Below, piece after piece: positions 60,528 to 64,000 of a stretch of DNA of 64,000 bases. A program made the position numbers and the translations under genes. Each line of letters opens with the position of its first letter. Position 1 is the first letter of the stretch. The notes under the pieces were generated by a model that saw only the letters and a program-made list of their open reading frames with translations, was not told the DNA's origin and searched no databases. The stretch is from the NCBI GenBank assembly GCA_043803405.1, contig JAZDKB010000006.1, positions 1-64,000 of the forward strand. Reading direction: 5' to 3'. This DNA is from Spirochaetota bacterium (lineage in GTDB: Bacteria > Spirochaetota > UBA4802 > JAFGDQ01).

Positions 60528-62659
60528 GCACGTTTTTTTTGAATTGATTTTTCTACGCTTGGGAAGCTGCGGATATTCGTATGCGGAAGGAAGAGTGCCT
60601 GCATATACTCATCGTAGAAAAGGTTAGATGATGAGAAATCCAGATAGGTCATTTTTTTTGAAAGGGCGAGCAGTTCCCTGCGGGCGTCTTCTGAAACCAG
60701 CGCGAGATAAGTCCCTGCAACCGAGCTGTTGCCGAGATACTCAAATTTTTTTACTTCCACGTCCGGGAGCATCCCGAGCATAATTGCCATTTCGAAATCG
60801 ATTTGCCTGCCGAAGCCCCCGGCAAGCTGGATACGCTCTATCTTATCGGGAGTAATCCCCGCGCTTTTAAGCAAAGTCATAATGCCTGCATACACAGCGG
60901 CTTTACTTTGAATAAGAGTCGCTATATCTGTTTCAGTTATTATTATGTCCTCTTCAAGCTGCGAATCCTTTTGCCACGCGACAACGAACTCAGGGCCGAA
61001 TTTTCCCTGTCTTACACGGTCTTCGGGGGATTTATCGTGGAATTTGCCTGCTGAATCCAGAATATTGTTTAGAAAAAGGGAAGCTATAAGGCTTATCATG
61101 CCGCTTCCGCAAATACCTGCAGGCAATTCGCCGTCAATAGTACCGAGAGTCACCGCATGCGTTTCCCTGTCTATTTTAACGCTATCAATAGCTCCCGGCA
61201 AAGCGCGCATCCCGTGTCTTATCCCTCCGCCTTCGAACGCGGGGCCTGCAGAGCATGAAGCTGTCATTATCCATTCCCTGTTGCCGAGTACCATCTCCCC
61301 GTTTGTGCCGACATCAATAAACAGGGAAACGCTTTCTCTTTTATTAAGGCCGGATATTAAAATGCCTGCGGTTATGTCGCCGCCAACATAAGCCGCGTTG
61401 CCGGGTACAACATAGACGCCTGCCATGGGAAAGATATTGAGCCCGATATTTTTTGCATGAAATACAGGGAAGTCCACAGCGACAGGCACATAAGGCTCTG
61501 TGCGTATGCCAGACGGATCGAGTTTAAGAACCGACTGTATCATAACGGTATTGCCGGCAACCGCGAACGATAAGATCTCTTCGCGTTTTACGTTTGTCAC
61601 TGCAACAAGTTCGTCCACAAGCGAATTTATTGTGCTTATAGCGTAATCGTGGAACTGCTCCAGCCCGTCCTTGCCCTGCGCACAGATTATGCGCGATATT
61701 ACATCCTCCCCGCAGACCACCTGCCTGTTCTGGGTCGAAGTCAGACCGGTTACATGTGCAGTGGACAGGTCAACGAGGTACGCAACTACGGATGTTGTCC
61801 CCATGTCTACGGCGATGCCGTATAATTTGTATGATGGAGCATACGCGTCTGCCTTAATTATCTCGTCAGTAAACCCGTGATGCAAAAGAACTATATTTAT
61901 TTTCCAGTTGTTGTTTCTGAGCAATAACGATAGTTCGCGCAGTACTGGTAAGCTTATAAATGTATATGCTTTTCCGAAGCCGGCTTTTGCAAGAGCATGG
62001 CGTACGCGTTCAAGGTCGCTTGAAGCGTCATCGAGAGAGGGCGGAGTCAGCTCCAAAGGCACGATAGAGACGAAGGGGCTTATTGAACGTCCTGCCAGGA
62101 GCTTCTCTCTTACTTCCGATCCTTCTTCGAGAATTTTTAGAGCGCGGGCTTTGTTTTCTTCAGGAACAAGTACTGTTGTGCTGCCTGTTATCTTGGCTTT
62201 GCAGGCAAGAACATATCCTTTATTTTTATCATCTTCGTCGAATAACGGCGTGTCTTCGCATTCGACTTTTCCTTCTTTTATCTTTACTTTACAGCTTCCG
62301 CAAACACCTTTTCCGCTGCAGCGCGCGTTTATGTATATGCTGCCTTTAAGCGCAGCTTCCAGCACAGTTGCGCCTTTCGGGATTTCAACTGTTTTATCCG
62401 ACGGCAGAAAGGTTATTTTTACAGGCTGAGCAGCAGTATCCGCTCTATCAGTTCTTATTTCATTTTTTACAGAATGCGCGGCATCCTGCATTGCGGGCGT
62501 ACCTCGCTTCGCGATCTCCCATAAAAAGCACATCTGCCTGAATTTGCAGTAAATGTTTGGGTCCTGGCACGCTATGCACTCATCGCATAAATATCTTTCG
62601 TATTTTGAGCAGAAATATTTTCCCGGCTTATCCGTATGTCTAAAGCATACTGCTTCCAT
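60524..62659 (-). CDS. Corrinoid reductive activator (RACo/RamA, DUF4445 ASKHA) with [2Fe-2S] domain and N-terminal Cys-rich module
   Basis: CSGKGVCGSC..LAC ferredoxin; AVDMGTT, GEDVISRI, YVGGD, DVGTNGE, AGPAFEG, GICGSG, LAGGFG. Confidence 0.88.
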   Translation of the reverse strand: MEAVCFRHTDKPGKYFCSKYERYLCDECIACQDPNIYCKFRQMCFLWEIAKRGTPAMQDAAHSVKNEIRTDRADTAAQPVKITFLPSDKTVEIPKGATVLEAALKGSIYINARCSGKGVCGSCKVKIKEGKVECEDTPLFDEDDKNKGYVLACKAKITGSTTVLVPEENKARALKILEEGSEVREKLLAGRSISPFVSIVPLELTPPSLDDASSDLERVRHALAKAGFGKAYTFISLPVLRELSLLLRNNNWKINIVLLHHGFTDEIIKADAYAPSYKLYGIAVDMGTTSVVAYLVDLSTAHVTGLTSTQNRQVVCGEDVISRIICAQGKDGLEQFHDYAISTINSLVDELVAVTNVKREEILSFAVAGNTVMIQSVLKLDPSGIRTEPYVPVAVDFPVFHAKNIGLNIFPMAGVYVVPGNAAYVGGDITAGILISGLNKRESVSLFIDVGTNGEMVLGNREWIMTASCSAGPAFEGGGIRHGMRALPGAIDSVKIDRETHAVTLGTIDGELPAGICGSGMISLIASLFLNNILDSAGKFHDKSPEDRVRQGKFGPEFVVAWQKDSQLEEDIIITETDIATLIQSKAAVYAGIMTLLKSAGITPDKIERIQLAGGFGRQIDFEMAIMLGMLPDVEVKKFEYLGNSSVAGTYLALVSEDARRELLALSKKMTYLDFSSSNLFYDEYMQALFLPHTNIRSFPSVEKSIQKKRA

Positions 62660-62860
62660 CTGCCTGCACCTTCCTGTCTTTGTTCGGCACTGTTTAAGCT
62701 GCAAAGATAACTCAGGAAAACAAGTTTATGCAACTAATTTAATTTTATCAATAATAATAAATTTGTTTTCCGGCAGGAATTTTTTTTATTGTGTATTATC
62801 CGGCAAAATAATAAAATGGTTTTAAATAAATATAATTTCTGAACCAGAGAGAGTAAAGCC

Positions 62861-64000
62861 GTGCAAAGTAACCTGACCTATCGAATTGTTGAATTAATAC
62901 CGGGCATGAAATACCTGCTAAAGAGAGGCGGGATAAAGTTAAAATGGACGCTTCTGATCTCCTTTATCACTGTGCTCATAACCTCGCTTTTCGGGCTTAT
63001 ATTTAATTTTATGTCCGCAGCTTCGCTGGAAAATTCTTCACGGCAGCTGTGCCTTACTATTGCGGGCAACATATCATCTTCGGAATCCATCATTACCGCG
63101 GAAAAAAAGACCTTCAAACGATCAGTCATCCTTCAGGATATTGTTAGCGGGCTTTCAAAAAGCGGCATAAACGGCTTTGAATATGCCATTGTTTACGATA
63201 CAAGCGGCAAACTGGTTGAAAAGAAGGAAGCGTATGCCGCTCACACGGATGCAACAAAAAGAGCGACTCTTATCCCACGTAAAATATTCGGCGAAATATT
63301 AAAAGTTAACGAATTCCGTGAAGAAAGGATAGTCCATGTGCGGCCGGACAACACAAAAGTTCCGTGTTACCGGTACCGGGTTCCGTTTAATTTTTTTGAC
63401 GTGCGGGTCGGTGTGATCGAGGTGGCCTTTTCCGAGGAGTCCATACTTGGGCCGTTAAAAACGATGAGACTGTATATAATTATGGCCGGCGCGTTTATGC
63501 TTTTATGCGGCATTTTTATTTCGATCCTGGCAGCGCGGAAAATGGTTCGTCCCATTAAATCCCTCTCATCCGCTATTTACGATGTTCGATCCGGCAACCT
63601 TGATGTAAAGATAGATGTAAACCGCCATGATGAGATCGGGGATCTGGAAGTCGAATTCAATAACTTTATTGTTCATTTGCGTGAAAAACTTCAAATGCAG
63701 AAATTCGTTTCGGAGTCGACCATTTCCATGATAAAGAAGCACTCAAAAACCGGTGAGATAGCTCTGGGCGGCACGCGCGAGAATAAGGTTTTTCTTTTCT
63801 CGGATATACGCGGATTCACCGCCATGTCGGAGAAACTGGAACCCGAAGAGGTTGTTAAAATACTGAACAAATATCTCGACCTGCAGGCGCAGATAATCAA
63901 AGATAATCATGGGGATATCGACAAATTTGTCGGTGATGAAGTCATGGCTGTATTCGACGGACCCAGGAAAACAGACAACGCTATTAATGCTGCGATTGAG
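62861..64000 (+). CDS. Membrane adenylate/guanylate cyclase (two TM, HAMP, class III catalytic domain), 3'-partial
   Basis: Not in ORF track because it runs off the window; my translation gives HAMP (RPIKSL..DEIGDL..FN) then LFSDIRGFTAMSE, GDIDKFVGDEVMA. Confidence 0.88.
   Translation, partial: MQSNLTYRIVELIPGMKYLLKRGGIKLKWTLLISFITVLITSLFGLIFNFMSAASLENSSRQLCLTIAGNISSSESIITAEKKTFKRSVILQDIVSGLSKSGINGFEYAIVYDTSGKLVEKKEAYAAHTDATKRATLIPRKIFGEILKVNEFREERIVHVRPDNTKVPCYRYRVPFNFFDVRVGVIEVAFSEESILGPLKTMRLYIIMAGAFMLLCGIFISILAARKMVRPIKSLSSAIYDVRSGNLDVKIDVNRHDEIGDLEVEFNNFIVHLREKLQMQKFVSESTISMIKKHSKTGEIALGGTRENKVFLFSDIRGFTAMSEKLEPEEVVKILNKYLDLQAQIIKDNHGDIDKFVGDEVMAVFDGPRKTDNAINAAIE

Overview
Chromosomal window from a low-GC, motile, probably anaerobic bacterium (HdrB, AhbC, a glycyl radical enzyme and a corrinoid activator are present). 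A spirochaete-like origin is my impression from gene content, not something shown. About 50 CDSs, mostly housekeeping or metabolic: hdrB (partial), mtaB, motAB, SpeD-like, dCMP deaminase, trpE-trpGD, GlgD-like, ilvB, sirC-like/ahbC, ZIP transporter, thyA, recB-recD, phosphoglucomutase, PBP1A, pyrK, thpR, acyl-CoA ligase, an orphan methyltransferase, MCP-cheB-cheR, a B12 radical SAM enzyme, a RACo/ASKHA protein and an adenylate cyclase (partial). I saw no rRNA, tRNA, CRISPR array, integrase or transposase. The best candidate for an undescribed system is a cassette encoding a glycyl radical enzyme with a non-standard active-site loop, an SCP2-like (lipid-binding fold) protein and a short activating enzyme, preceded by a metallophosphoesterase (39422-44901). 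Other notable items: a complete Val-rich leader-peptide attenuator upstream of ilvB, two MITE-like elements sharing (A/T)TCCT-loop hairpins, other palindromic repeats, a 21-bp tandem array, a small ORF below the track cutoff, two gene remnants and several fused or degenerate proteins. All calls come from motif recognition by eye; no database searches were run.
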